Source of the DNA: Spirochaetaceae bacterium
Lineage (GTDB): Bacteria > Spirochaetota > Spirochaetia > DSM-27196 > PWMO01
DNA length: 64,000 nt
Reading direction: 5' to 3'
NCBI GenBank assembly: GCA_007693485.1
Contig: REDM01000163.1
Location: 3,036-67,035, forward strand
Position 1 is the first letter of the stretch. Every line of letters begins with the position of its first letter. The translations under genes and the position numbers were made by a program. The notes under the pieces were generated by a model. It was not told the origin of the DNA. It saw only the letters and a list, made by a program, of their open reading frames with translations, and searched no databases. Positions 16,898-29,437 of this stretch are shown here, in pieces.

Positions 16898-16902
16898 CGC
16901 GG

Positions 16903-17829
16903 TTACTCCTGCGCCGTCGGTGTCCGCAGCGAGCGAACGTGGTCACCATACTGGTGGAGAAACTCAAGCAGGTACTGCTGGATTCCACCGAAGAACTCGC
17001 GTTCGAGCAGGGTGGTCTCGCGCCCGAGGTAGCGGTAGTGCCACGGCTCAAAGATGTAGCCGGTGATCTCCTCGTAGCCTTGCGGGTATGAGAGTGAAAA
17101 GCCAAAGCGCCACGCGTGCTCGCGCAGCCAGAGATCGTCCCGGGTGCCGGTAAACTGGTGACCGATCGGCGCAAAGTCGATCGCTGTGCCAAGCTGATGC
17201 TGCGACTGGCCCGCGCGGGCGGAGAATCGATTGGCTGCATCCTCACCGTGGCGCGCGGCGTAGTTGGCAAAGAGTGTGGCCTGGAAGGCGTAGGATCGGA
17301 ACGCCGACTGCACCACCAGGTTTACTCCGTCGGATCGGGCCGCATCGGCCATGAGCAGCAGGTTGTCCACCATCACCTGCCGAACGGTGCGATCTGCGGC
17401 GGCGTATCGGATTCGCCCCTGGAACTCCGCCAGAGATACAAGGTCTTCGGGGTGCCAGTCGGAGGGGAGGGGGTTCTGCTTATCCACCAGGATCAGCAGG
17501 TCGTGCGGCAGATCGAGCACGGGCAGAAGCAGCTCGAGGAATCCGTGCGGGTTGGTTGACACCGCGGAACGTACCGTTTCGGGCTGGGAACCGGTGATTG
17601 CGAGTAACTCGGCGCGGGTCAGCTGGTAGCCGGGATGGAGGGCCGGCGGGGTCTCCACCACTGGTGGGGGTTCCACTGCGGGTCGCGTGCATCCCGTGAG
17701 CACCGCCGGTATCACGGCCAGGCCGATCGCGCCCGCCACGCCGGCAATCCGCCGAACCGAACATATCGAACGAAAACCGGCCGTCACAGCGGAAAATCCG
17801 GGACGGCCGGAGGGTGTGTCACATCGCAT
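16903..17829 (-). CDS. M15B D-alanyl-D-alanine carboxypeptidase family protein (VanY-like), lipoprotein
   Basis: Signal peptide with lipobox LTGC. SAFRSYAFQ, SQHQLGTAIDF and EPWHYRYLG blocks match the VanY zinc peptidase pattern. Confidence 0.85.
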   Translation of the reverse strand: MRCDTPSGRPGFSAVTAGFRSICSVRRIAGVAGAIGLAVIPAVLTGCTRPAVEPPPVVETPPALHPGYQLTRAELLAITGSQPETVRSAVSTNPHGFLELLLPVLDLPHDLLILVDKQNPLPSDWHPEDLVSLAEFQGRIRYAAADRTVRQVMVDNLLLMADAARSDGVNLVVQSAFRSYAFQATLFANYAARHGEDAANRFSARAGQSQHQLGTAIDFAPIGHQFTGTRDDLWLREHAWRFGFSLSYPQGYEEITGYIFEPWHYRYLGRETTLLEREFFGGIQQYLLEFLHQYGDHVRSLRTPTAQE

Positions 17830-17838
17830 GAATCATTC

Positions 17839-20196
<2,358 letters not shown>

Positions 20197-20273
20197 CGGT
20201 ACACCTTGTGAAGTAGGGTTGGTTAGCTTAAGAATAGGTACGGGATCCACCAACCGTCAAGCGTGAACGCGCG

Positions 20274-21020
20274 ATGAGCCGAAGCAGCACCACCGAAGTT
20301 GTCATTCTCCGTAACGGCCGCATCGGGGAGATCCACAAAAACGTCTGGATGCTCTCTCCGGATCTGGGCCTGATCTCCGCAATCGCGCACGGAGCGTACT
20401 CGCAGAAGGGGAAGCTGCGCGGGGTGACCAACCCGTTCAGCTTCGGGCGCTGCTATCTCTATACCGATCCAGTCAAAAAGAGCGTCAAGATCACCGATCT
20501 GGCGGTGCACGAGTTTTTTCCCGGCCTTCGCGAAGATGTCGCCAAATTCTACACCGCCTCGCTCTGGGCGGAACTGGTGCTGCGCACCTTCGGCGGTGGC
20601 GGCGAAAGCGGTACTCTGTTTTCTCTGCTGGTTGAATCGCTGCACGCTCTGGACGCGACGACTGGCTTTGAGCCGGTCACGGTGCAGTTTCTCTGGCGGT
20701 ATCTTGGGGTGAGCGGTCTGCAGCCGGATCTGGACGAGTGCGCCGTCTGCGGCGCCCCGCTTTCAGCAGGGCGTGCCTGGGACGCGTCGCACGGCGGGTT
20801 TCTCTGTCCGGCGTGTGCGCAGACCGCGGACCGTGCCGAGCTGACCGCGGGCGCCGCCGCCTACCTGCGGCACAGCGGTACACTATCGCTTTCAGATTCA
20901 CTGCACATTCGATTGGAGGCTGCCGCCTTGTCCAACGCCAAGCGCGTGTTGTACCGCATTGTGCAGGACGTGGCCGAGACCCCGCTCAATTCTCTGCGCA
21001 TCGGCGGAGGAATTCTGTGA
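20274..21020 (+). CDS. recO: DNA repair protein RecO
   Basis: OB-fold N-terminus, then the zinc motif CAVCGAP...FLCPAC. Size is about 248 aa. Confidence 0.85.
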   Translation: MSRSSTTEVVILRNGRIGEIHKNVWMLSPDLGLISAIAHGAYSQKGKLRGVTNPFSFGRCYLYTDPVKKSVKITDLAVHEFFPGLREDVAKFYTASLWAELVLRTFGGGGESGTLFSLLVESLHALDATTGFEPVTVQFLWRYLGVSGLQPDLDECAVCGAPLSAGRAWDASHGGFLCPACAQTADRAELTAGAAAYLRHSGTLSLSDSLHIRLEAAALSNAKRVLYRIVQDVAETPLNSLRIGGGIL

Positions 21021-21100
21021 CGCTCTGGAGCGGATTGCAGTGAGGGTCGGTCTGGCACTCTGGGGCCCATCTGTGATACCGTGTTGCTCGTGGAGAACCG

Positions 21101-22444
21101 ATGCGCGCGGTAGACTTGATTGCCAAAAAACGAGACGGCGGCTCGCTGAACCAACGCGAAATCGCGTTTCTGGTTGACGGCTACGTCGCCGCAGAGATCC
21201 CTGAATATCAGATTTCGTCGTGGCTGATGGCGGTGTTTTTCCGCGGAATGAGCGGGGAGGAGACCGGGTTTCTCACCGACGCGATGATCCGATCGGGCAC
21301 CGTCTTTGATCTCAGTGGCGTTCCCGGCCCCTTTGTGGATAAACACTCTACCGGCGGGGTGGGAGACAAGGTGTCGCTCATCCTCGCGCCCATTGTCGCG
21401 GCGTGCGGAGTTCGCGTTCCGATGATGAGCGGTCGCGCCCTCGGGCATACCGGAGGCACGCTGGACAAGCTCGAGTCGATGCCAGGGTTCTCCACGGCGC
21501 TCTCGTCGGAGCAGTTTCGTGCGCTTCTGAATGACGTTGGGTTTGCGATGACCGGCCAGAGCAAAGACGTGGTGCCCGCCGACCGACTGCTCTACGCCCT
21601 GCGCGACGTCACCGCGACCGTCGAATCGGTGCCCCTGATCACCGCGAGTATCCTCTCCAAAAAATTTGCCGAGGGGGCCGACGCTCTGGTGTTTGACGTC
21701 AAGTGCGGCCCCGGCGCCTTCATGAAAACCGAGGCGGATACGCGGCGGCTCGCGGAGTCCCTGGTTAACACCGGAAGCGCCCTCGGTAAGAAGATCGTCG
21801 CCGTACTGACCCGCATGGAAGAGCCCCTGGGCCACATGGTCGGGAACTTTCTGGAAGTCGAAGAATCAATCGCCTGTCTGCACGGATCCATCGGGGGGCG
21901 GTCCCTGTCTCCTGATCCGCGGTCGGCCGATCTCATGGAAGTGACGCGGCGGCTCTCGGCGTGGATGCTGGTCCTCGGTGGCGTTGCGGCCACGGTAGAC
22001 GAAGCGACCGCGCGCGTGGATGGCGTCCTCGAGGATGGCAGCGCGTGGGCGCGCTTTGTGCGCAACGTCGAGGGACAGGGCAGTTCGATGGAAGAGGTTG
22101 AGAAACGCTACGGAACGTGGCGGGCGCCCATCTGCGAAAGGGTGCCCGTGCCGCGCGCCGGAGTCATTCACGCGATCGACGCGTTTGCCGTTGGCATGGC
22201 GGGGGTCTACCTTGGGGTGGGGCGCAACACCGCCGCCGATCCGGTGCACCCCGACGTGGGGATAGAGTTCCACCGCAAGCGCGGCGATGTGGTATCAGCC
22301 GATGAGGCTCTCTGCACGATCTATGGCCATACCGCCGAAGCCGTTGCCTCCGCTCGCGAGCAGATCACCGGCGCGTGCGAGATTGCCGATACTCCGTGGA
22401 AGCCGCATCCGATTGTTTTCGACGAGATATCAAACCTGGAATGA
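21101..22444 (+). CDS. pdp: Pyrimidine-nucleoside (thymidine) phosphorylase
   Basis: MRAVDLIAKKRDG..L...EI.FLV.GY, DKHSTGGVGDK and SGRALGHTGGTLDKLES are canonical family motifs. Confidence 0.9.
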   Translation: MRAVDLIAKKRDGGSLNQREIAFLVDGYVAAEIPEYQISSWLMAVFFRGMSGEETGFLTDAMIRSGTVFDLSGVPGPFVDKHSTGGVGDKVSLILAPIVAACGVRVPMMSGRALGHTGGTLDKLESMPGFSTALSSEQFRALLNDVGFAMTGQSKDVVPADRLLYALRDVTATVESVPLITASILSKKFAEGADALVFDVKCGPGAFMKTEADTRRLAESLVNTGSALGKKIVAVLTRMEEPLGHMVGNFLEVEESIACLHGSIGGRSLSPDPRSADLMEVTRRLSAWMLVLGGVAATVDEATARVDGVLEDGSAWARFVRNVEGQGSSMEEVEKRYGTWRAPICERVPVPRAGVIHAIDAFAVGMAGVYLGVGRNTAADPVHPDVGIEFHRKRGDVVSADEALCTIYGHTAEAVASAREQITGACEIADTPWKPHPIVFDEISNLE

Positions 22445-24564
22445 AGTGGAATAAACCCTCAGTAGATTCACAGCTGGTACGCGAACTCGCTCAGTTGCAT
22501 CGGATTGACCTCCTCAGCGCCGCGGTGATGGTCCGTCGTGGCGTCAGTTCTCCACCGGAAGCGCTCTTCTTCCTGGAAGATGACCCGCAGTACCTGCACA
22601 GCCCCTTCCTCTTCGAGGAGATGGAAGACGCGGTTGATCGCATTCTTGCCGCGCGAAGCGAGGGCGAGAAGGTGCTGGTCTTTGGAGATCGGGACGCCGA
22701 CGGCATCACCAGCATCACCATCCTTGTGCAGACCCTGCGCGAACTGGGAATCGACGCGCAGTGGTCGCTCCCCATGGGCGATGAGCCATACGGGCTCACC
22801 ATCGAGACCGTTGAGCGCTTTGCCTCCGAAGATGGGACGCTCATTGTGGCGGTTGACTGCGGCATCACCAACGTTGCCGAGATCGCCCGAGCCGGGGAGC
22901 TGGGCGTTGACGTGATTGTGCTCGATCACCACAACCCGCCCGAGACGCTGCCCGATGCGATTGCCGTGGTCAACCCGAAGATGCCTGACACCGGCTATCC
23001 GTTTGCGGGCCTCTGTGGGTGCGCACTCGCGGCCAAGTTGCGCTGGGCTCTGCAGGTCGCAGGTACCGAGCTCTACAAGCAGACGGTCTGCCTGCTCAAC
23101 GTTCGACCGGGTAACGACTCCCTCATTATCGAGGCGGTGAAACTGGAAAATCTGATGGAGGTTGACCGCATCAGCGAGACGGTGGTTCCGGGGTTGGTGG
23201 GGATTGAGGATACACGGATCCCCGCCTTTCTGCACGGTCACGAAGTGATTGCCTACGACGCGCCGTCGCAGGAGCGCATGATCCGCCGCGCCTTTGGGAA
23301 TCGGGTTGATGTTGCGCTGATCGATGCTGCCCCGGAGATCGGGAAGACCTTCCCGGTCGTGGAGGGAAAAAGTCTGCTCAAGATGCTCGACGGCTCACGG
23401 CTTGCACGCTACCGCACGCGGCGCCCCGAAGAAATCGACGTCTTCGTGACCCTTTTCGCCCTTTACATGCAGAAGCGGCAGCCGAGCCTTCAGACCGCGT
23501 ATCAGGACGTAGCCGATCTGGTGGCGCTGGGAACCCTCGCCGACATGATGCCGCTTCAAAACGAAAACCGCATCCTCGTGAAGATGGGGCTCGCCAAAAT
23601 GACGGCCAATCCCCGGCCGGGTCTTCGTGCCCTGCTCGATCGGCAGAATCTCCTTGGGAAGTCGATCACCGCCCAGGACGTGGGGTTCCAGATCGCGCCG
23701 GTGGTAAACGCGTCGGGGCGAATGGGCGAGCCTGACAAGGCGGTACGCCTTTTTCTCTCGGAGAATCAGGCCGAGATTGCAACGCTCGCCGGAGAAGTGA
23801 TTGCGCTGAACGAGCGACGAAAGGAAATCGGGGAGCTCGCCTGGGCGCGGGTCATGCAGCCGGCCCGGTTGAGCGCCGAGCAGCACGACGGCAAACTCAT
23901 CGTGGTACAAGATGATGAGATTCACCGCGGCATTACGGGCATTCTTGCCGGACGGCTCTGTCGCCACTTTCGGGCTCCCGCCCTGGTTATGACTGCAGCA
24001 AACGGCAAGACCGTCGGGTCGGTGCGCAGTGCGCGCGGTTTTCTTGCGACCGAGTTTCTGAAGCAGTTTGAAGACATTCTGCACGAGTGGGGGGGGCACG
24101 ACCCCGCAGCCGGCTTTGCCCTGTCGTCCGAGCAGGTGCCCGACTTCCTGCGCCGCATCACCGCCTCCGTTCCCGCGATCCGTCTGGGCGACGAAGAAGA
24201 GAGCGCAACCGTTGACGCGGAAATTCCCCACTCGTTCATGACTCCCGAGCTCTTTCGTGTGGTAGACGTCTTTGCCCCCTACGGGCAGGAGCACCCGCCG
24301 CTGGTATTCATGGTTCGAAACGCCCGCATCGAGCGCATCGATTTCATGGGCAAGCAGGAGCAGCACGTGCGGCTTACCGTGGCCACCGGCGCCCACCGCT
24401 GGCCTGCGGTGTACTGGAACGCAGGCGAGCGAGTGAACGTGGATTTCAAGCTTTCCGATCTGGTTGATCTTCTGTTCCGTTTGGAGAAGAACTACTACCA
24501 GGGCCGGGAAACGCCGCAGCTCAATGTGATCGATCTTCGCCGAAACGGGGAGGGTGCGGAGTGA
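22441..24564 (+). CDS. recJ: Single-stranded-DNA-specific exonuclease RecJ
   Basis: DHH motifs (VFGDRDADGITS, DCG, VLDHH) and the DHHA1 GGH region. ATG 22441 overlaps the pdp stop (ATGA). Confidence 0.9.
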   Translation: MKWNKPSVDSQLVRELAQLHRIDLLSAAVMVRRGVSSPPEALFFLEDDPQYLHSPFLFEEMEDAVDRILAARSEGEKVLVFGDRDADGITSITILVQTLRELGIDAQWSLPMGDEPYGLTIETVERFASEDGTLIVAVDCGITNVAEIARAGELGVDVIVLDHHNPPETLPDAIAVVNPKMPDTGYPFAGLCGCALAAKLRWALQVAGTELYKQTVCLLNVRPGNDSLIIEAVKLENLMEVDRISETVVPGLVGIEDTRIPAFLHGHEVIAYDAPSQERMIRRAFGNRVDVALIDAAPEIGKTFPVVEGKSLLKMLDGSRLARYRTRRPEEIDVFVTLFALYMQKRQPSLQTAYQDVADLVALGTLADMMPLQNENRILVKMGLAKMTANPRPGLRALLDRQNLLGKSITAQDVGFQIAPVVNASGRMGEPDKAVRLFLSENQAEIATLAGEVIALNERRKEIGELAWARVMQPARLSAEQHDGKLIVVQDDEIHRGITGILAGRLCRHFRAPALVMTAANGKTVGSVRSARGFLATEFLKQFEDILHEWGGHDPAAGFALSSEQVPDFLRRITASVPAIRLGDEEESATVDAEIPHSFMTPELFRVVDVFAPYGQEHPPLVFMVRNARIERIDFMGKQEQHVRLTVATGAHRWPAVYWNAGERVNVDFKLSDLVDLLFRLEKNYYQGRETPQLNVIDLRRNGEGAE

Positions 24565-25499
24565 AGCCCATCCTTCCGGCTGCAATCATTCTGGCGGTGT
24601 GCGGGGTGCCTTCGCTGGCGGCGCTGCAGCTGCATGCGCCCGCTCTGGTGGAGCGGGGTACCGCCTTTCTGGTGCACCTCGACACCGGCGAGGGCATCGA
24701 CTCGCTGCAGACCGAAGTCGTTACCCAGGACGGAACGCGAATCGCCACCTCGGGTGGGTTTGTGGTTGAGGTAGCCGAGGGGCTTCCGGTGTGGGTGTCG
24801 CTGCTGGGGGTTCCGTCAACCGTTGCCTCCGGGGAGTACGTCGTCCGCGTGACCGTTTCCTGGGGTGATGGCACCTTCATCCGGCTGCAGCGACCGATAC
24901 AGATCGGTCCGCGCGTATTCTCCACCATGCGGATCGCGCTCAACCAGGCCCTTACCAATCTGCGGTCGGTACCCGACCCCCGCCAGGTTGCCGAGGCTCG
25001 AACCATCATCGATCTGGTCGCGCGCCACGATCCGCTTGCCCGGTTTGAGAAAGGTCCCTTTATTGTTCCGGTCGACAACGCGCGCGTCTCTGCGGGGTTT
25101 GGCGACCGGCGAGTGTTTGCCTACGCCGACGGGGGAGAGGCGCAATCGATCCATCTGGGAATCGACCTGGCGGCTCCCATCGGAACTCCGGTGGCAAGTT
25201 CCGGTGCCGGGCGGGTCGCCTTTGCCGGAGAACGCATTATTACGGGAAACAGTGTGGTGATCGAGCACCTGCCGGGGATGTTCGGTCTTTACTACCACCT
25301 CGATTCGATCGAGGTTCAGGTGGGCCAGGTGGTGCAGCGGGGCGACCTGATCGGCACCGTGGGAATGACGGGACTGGCAACGGGACCGCACCTTCACTGG
25401 GAGTTTCGCGTCGGAGGAACCCCGGTCGATCCCGAGCCCTTCGTGAACGCCCCGGTTGTTGACAAAGAGGCCATCTTTCGTAGAATGGGAGAACAGTAA
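24561..25499 (+). CDS. M23 family (LytM-type) metallopeptidase, secreted
   Basis: Signal peptide, then [14 protein letters not shown] and [20 protein letters not shown] start overlaps the recJ stop (GTGA). Confidence 0.85.
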   Translation: MKPILPAAIILAVCGVPSLAALQLHAPALVERGTAFLVHLDTGEGIDSLQTEVVTQDGTRIATSGGFVVEVAEGLPVWVSLLGVPSTVASGEYVVRVTVSWGDGTFIRLQRPIQIGPRVFSTMRIALNQALTNLRSVPDPRQVAEARTIIDLVARHDPLARFEKGPFIVPVDNARVSAGFGDRRVFAYADGGEAQSIHLGIDLAAPIGTPVASSGAGRVAFAGERIITGNSVVIEHLPGMFGLYYHLDSIEVQVGQVVQRGDLIGTVGMTGLATGPHLHWEFRVGGTPVDPEPFVNAPVVDKEAIFRRMGEQ

Positions 25500-25522
25500 A
25501 TCCGAATAACGGAAAGGGGGTG

Positions 25523-25738
25523 ATGTTCATCGCCGTAATCAGACTCGATGACGGAGAACCGCTGGAAAAGGCGATCAAACGCTTCAAGCGAATGGTTGAG
25601 AAAGAGGGAATTATCCGCGAATGGAAGAAGCGGGAGTACTTCGAGAAGCCCTCGACAATCAAGAACCGGAAACGAAAATCCCTGGAACGCAAACTTCTGA
25701 AGAAGCAGCGCAAGCTGCAGTCGATGAAGAACTACTGA
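25523..25738 (+). CDS. rpsU: 30S ribosomal protein S21
   Basis: [31 protein letters not shown] and a basic tail. RBS GGAAAGGGGG lies upstream. GTG 25520 is an alternative start. Confidence 0.9.
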   Translation: MFIAVIRLDDGEPLEKAIKRFKRMVEKEGIIREWKKREYFEKPSTIKNRKRKSLERKLLKKQRKLQSMKNY

Positions 25739-25770
25739 TTTTCGACGCGTCGCGCTCACTGCGCCCTGCA

Positions 25771-27198
25771 GTGGAACACATCGTGAAACCGGAAACAAAC
25801 CTCGATGCGCCGGCCACCGTCCTACCGTGGTGGCGCGTTGAGAAAACCAATCAAGACGGGCCGGTGGTCGGCAAAGGCGTTTCTGTACGTCTGGCCGGGC
25901 CGCGCCCTGATTTCCTGAAACCCTGTTCAGACACCTCTGAGAACCCCGCAACCGAGGGCGGTAGCCCGAGCCCGCAGCTGTTATTCCTGTTGTCATCCGC
26001 ACCGGAACCCGTGCTTGTGAGCGTGAAACAGTTGCAGCCGTTGGCACAGCCACCCGTGCGGGAAGACGGCCGGTACGCTGCCTTGCTCAGGGGCATAACA
26101 CGCGCCGAGCTCACCGAGGGAGCCGTAGCGCTTCCGGTGATGTATGAGCCGTACTGCACCCGGATTGGCATACTGCGCCATGCGGGGCAGGGGAAGCTCC
26201 GGACCGGATCACGGCTTCGACTCGTACCTCCGGATGCAGGCCCCACCGTAACGGGTTGCACGTCCGCCTCCGATCTGTACGCCACCGTTGGTGACGTGTA
26301 CGCGCTTCCCCACGGTTTGCAACTGGTGGTGCTCTCGCGCAGCTTCCCCCTGCTCCCAGGCACCACGCTTCTGGTTGGTGATCCGAGTTCGAGCGCGCGG
26401 TCGGAATCGGAGGATCGTGCCGGGCGCGTGACGGTGCTGGGCTGTTACCCGCGCATGGACCTGGTGCGCACGGGTGCTATCCGGGAGCTGGTCGGTAAGG
26501 CCTCGGGCAGGCCCTCGCGTCCGATGAGCGTCCCCGAGCTGTACCACGTGATGGGGGTGTGCGCGCGAAGCGATCAGGCTCCCCCTGCGCCGGACGCCCT
26601 CTGCGTTGGGTCGTGGTGGGTCTCGCCCGCACTGCTGGCGCGCTGCGAGCAGGCGCTGGTGCAGCGCTGTCGTCGCCCCGGAGGCGCGCGCAGCGGTGAG
26701 CTTCGCCACACGCTGCACCGCGAAGGGATCGGGCCCGCGCTCGGTGACGCACTGCTGACACACGCCCGCGCTCGAGTCATCGAGCGGCGCGGCTCCGTCT
26801 GGCTTCCGGCGGGGGCCGGGGCGGATGAGTTTCTCTCGCTTCCCGCCCGCACGCTTCTGGCCCGAGTGGAAGCGGCCGGGAGCGCTGGTATTGACGGGGC
26901 CGCCGAACGCGCGCTCACACACGACGGCGCCGGCGTGCAGCTGGTCGATTACGGGCTTGTGATACTGCTGGAGAACGGGCGACTCTTCTCGGTCGAGGCG
27001 TATCAGGAGCTCGCGTTGCGGACGCGAACGGGGATCCGTGCCGCGGACGGTGAGCTTCATCAGCGCAGTCTTGCTGAGCAGCTTGGCCTCTCGCGCAATT
27101 CAACCCGGGCCCTGGTCGCACGAATGGTACACGATGGTTTGATCGAGCGGGCGTCTGCGGTTCACGTGCGCACTCGGGCAGACGGTGGGCAACCGTGA
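25771..27198 (+). CDS. Hypothetical protein resembling the non-GTPase part of SelB (beta-barrel-like region plus tandem winged-helix modules); start uncertain
   Basis: The track ORF overlaps rpsU. The first in-frame start after the rpsU stop is GTG 25771. The C-terminus GELHQRSLAEQLGLSRNSTRALVARMVHDGLIER is a winged-helix/HTH pattern, and the segment LQLVVLSRSFPLLPGTTLLVGDP...RVTVLG resembles translation-factor domain III. No P-loop is present. Confidence 0.45.
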   Translation: MEHIVKPETNLDAPATVLPWWRVEKTNQDGPVVGKGVSVRLAGPRPDFLKPCSDTSENPATEGGSPSPQLLFLLSSAPEPVLVSVKQLQPLAQPPVREDGRYAALLRGITRAELTEGAVALPVMYEPYCTRIGILRHAGQGKLRTGSRLRLVPPDAGPTVTGCTSASDLYATVGDVYALPHGLQLVVLSRSFPLLPGTTLLVGDPSSSARSESEDRAGRVTVLGCYPRMDLVRTGAIRELVGKASGRPSRPMSVPELYHVMGVCARSDQAPPAPDALCVGSWWVSPALLARCEQALVQRCRRPGGARSGELRHTLHREGIGPALGDALLTHARARVIERRGSVWLPAGAGADEFLSLPARTLLARVEAAGSAGIDGAAERALTHDGAGVQLVDYGLVILLENGRLFSVEAYQELALRTRTGIRAADGELHQRSLAEQLGLSRNSTRALVARMVHDGLIERASAVHVRTRADGGQP

Positions 27199-27857
27199 GA
27201 CACCGCGTGACACGTCCTCTCGTCGTGGTGCCTTTCGTTGTTGCAGCGCTGGCCCTGCTTGTCGGTGCATGCAGTGCAGCACCGCCGCAATTGGTTCGCG
27301 TGGAGGTTCGCCTCGAGCACGTCCATGATCTTGACCGGGGGGTCTGGTACGAGCAGCTTGTGTTTTTTGGCCTGGTTCGCGACGAGGACGGGTTTGCCGA
27401 CATTGAACAGCTCTATCTGCTCAACGATGAGCATCAGCTCTACTGGCGGCTTGATGGAGAAGGGTGGACCCACGAACGCCGCGCGGGGGAGGACTGGATT
27501 GGGATGGCCGGCCTGGTCATGGCGGGCGGGGAAGCATTTCCGCGCGGGGTCTACCGGGCGGTGGTGCTTGATGCCGCGGGGCAGCAGGATGAACAGCGAG
27601 TGCTGATTGACGCGCCGCTTCGCGGCGAACTCTCGGCTCGTTTGCCCGTCATTCGCGACGGGGTTGCGCGGATCCCGGCCGGGGGGGCGGTCCTGCGTGT
27701 GGTATCTACTACCCGCGACGACCTATCCCCGAGTGACAGCACGCTGGCGGCCGGGGAGCACCGGATTGACGGGCTCATTCCGCCGGACAGCATCGGGTTT
27801 CTGTTTCTTCCCCTGGACGACTACTCGGGGATTGTCTCCGGGCCTTTGCGGCGCTGA
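27195..27857 (+). CDS. Lipoprotein, function unknown
   Basis: GTG start overlaps the upstream stop (GTGA). Signal peptide with lipobox LLVGAC. Confidence 0.6.
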   Translation: MRHRVTRPLVVVPFVVAALALLVGACSAAPPQLVRVEVRLEHVHDLDRGVWYEQLVFFGLVRDEDGFADIEQLYLLNDEHQLYWRLDGEGWTHERRAGEDWIGMAGLVMAGGEAFPRGVYRAVVLDAAGQQDEQRVLIDAPLRGELSARLPVIRDGVARIPAGGAVLRVVSTTRDDLSPSDSTLAAGEHRIDGLIPPDSIGFLFLPLDDYSGIVSGPLRR

Positions 27858-28759
27858 TTCGTGTCCTGCATTCCAAACAGCGCGAGTATGCGCGACCAGA
27901 GTGAGCGCCCATATCGGCGTGACAGATCTCGCGCTACTTCCTGCATCGGATAGTCCTGACCGTATCGATCTTTCAGCAGGTGCCACCGTTTGATGATCCA
28001 CATGTAGAGGTCGGCCGGGGTGCGGCCGGGGAACCGGCTCATGATCCGCTCCGCGGAGATGGTATCGACCACCGGGCGAAAGACGTTGAGATACCAGGAG
28101 ACCAGCGCCTTTTCAAAGGGTATCTCTTCGGTTATACCCTGGTTGATGAAGTACTTGTGTCCATTGATGTGGATGAGCACTTCGTCATAGCGTCCGGTCG
28201 CGGTGAATTGCAGATCATAATCGGGGATCAGCGTGTCAAACCTCGTCTGCTCGTAGAACCGGCGCTTCTCGTACGCAACAACCGCCCGGGTTAGGTCGGC
28301 ACGTGTCATGCGGGGGTCAAGCATTATCTCCGACGCGAGCGACGTGACTTCCGCATCAACCGCCCGAACCCCCTGCATCTTCGCCACCGACACGCGATGG
28401 TTGCCGTCGCGGACAAAGTAGAGTCCGCTGATCTCATAGAGGCGAACCGGAGGGAGAATGATGTCCTGGAGATGGGCTTTGTCTATGCTTGTCCAGCGCT
28501 TGCGGAGGTGTTCGCGACGCGGCAGAAAGCTTTTGCTGAAGTCGCGATACCGGCCTTCACTCCCCACGATCTGTTCGATATCCACGGTCTGCAGTCCACG
28601 GTAGGTCTCTCCCGTCGGACGGACCGCTTCCTTCACCTCACTCAACGACAACAGCTCCTGTTCGTGAGGGGAGAGCAGGTTCATGATGCGGTACATCAGC
28701 TCCCGAAAGCGCGCCTTGTTGAAATCTTCGCGCGCTTCGTTATCAATAATGCTGCTCAT
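27821..28759 (-). CDS. ParB/Srx-like nuclease-domain protein with a DUF4032-like C-terminal half
   Basis: The YFVRDGNHRVSVAKMQG block is the ParB/sulfiredoxin-fold DGxHR motif. The C-terminal half (HINGHKYFINQG...ALVSWYLNVFRPV) resembles DUF4032. ATG overlaps the upstream stop (ATGA at 28756-28759). Confidence 0.6.
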   Translation of the reverse strand: MSSIIDNEAREDFNKARFRELMYRIMNLLSPHEQELLSLSEVKEAVRPTGETYRGLQTVDIEQIVGSEGRYRDFSKSFLPRREHLRKRWTSIDKAHLQDIILPPVRLYEISGLYFVRDGNHRVSVAKMQGVRAVDAEVTSLASEIMLDPRMTRADLTRAVVAYEKRRFYEQTRFDTLIPDYDLQFTATGRYDEVLIHINGHKYFINQGITEEIPFEKALVSWYLNVFRPVVDTISAERIMSRFPGRTPADLYMWIIKRWHLLKDRYGQDYPMQEVARDLSRRYGRSLWSRILALFGMQDTNQRRKGPETIPE

Positions 28760-29427
28760 TGGGACTCCTCGATTTCGAGCAGGTAGTGGCTGTACACATT
28801 AATTACCGTCGTCTCATCCACCTGGGAAATGCGCTCGGCGTTCATATCATACAGGTGGATGTGACCGTGCAGCAGGTAACGAGGTCGAAACCGCCGCATG
28901 AACCAGAGAAACGCCTTGAACCCGGTGTGGCATCGGTCGGGCTTGTCATGCACCCCCAACGGCGGTGCATGCGTCACCAGTATGTCCACAAAGCGTCCGT
29001 GTACCAGGCGGTTCCAGATCAGCTTGGGCACCATTCGCCATATCTCAATATACATCTGAAGATCCGTAAACTGGTTCTCTCCCTGATTGTATCGCAGACT
29101 TCCGCCAAGACCCGCGATGAGAAGCCGTTTTGTTCGAATGACCCGCCGGTGAAGGTGGGTTGAACCAAATTGGTGTTGCAGGTGGTCGACGGCAAGCTCG
29201 TTGCTGCTTGGTGCGATGGGATTGCGACGAAACCGGTGCATCTCCGAGGTGTTATGGTTGCCAAAGACAAAGAGCACCGGGATGTTAAAGCTGCTCGCCA
29301 GGAACCCGAGGTACTCCATCGGAAGGTCTCCCGCCGCGATGATCAGGTTGACATCGGGGAAGCGCTCGCGCACGTTGGACGCGTATACACGGGGGTCAAC
29401 ATGGTCGGAAACGCAGAGGATCTTCAC
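28756..29427 (-). CDS. Calcineurin-like metallophosphoesterase
   Basis: CVSDHVD, AAGDL, FGNHN, THAPP and LHGHIH metal-ligand blocks occur in canonical order. GTG start lies 10 nt after the upstream stop. Confidence 0.85.
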   Translation of the reverse strand: MKILCVSDHVDPRVYASNVRERFPDVNLIIAAGDLPMEYLGFLASSFNIPVLFVFGNHNTSEMHRFRRNPIAPSSNELAVDHLQHQFGSTHLHRRVIRTKRLLIAGLGGSLRYNQGENQFTDLQMYIEIWRMVPKLIWNRLVHGRFVDILVTHAPPLGVHDKPDRCHTGFKAFLWFMRRFRPRYLLHGHIHLYDMNAERISQVDETTVINVYSHYLLEIEESQ

Positions 29428-29437
29428 GACGCCAATG

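Noticed and set aside
20197-20273. Possible sigma32-like (CTTGAC...CCCGTACCTAT) or sigma70-like (TTGACG-18-TATTCT) promoter, plus a GGTTGGT/ACCAACC inverted repeat, upstream of lon.
   Set aside because: The matches are weak and the spacing is ambiguous. I cannot discriminate between the alternatives by eye.
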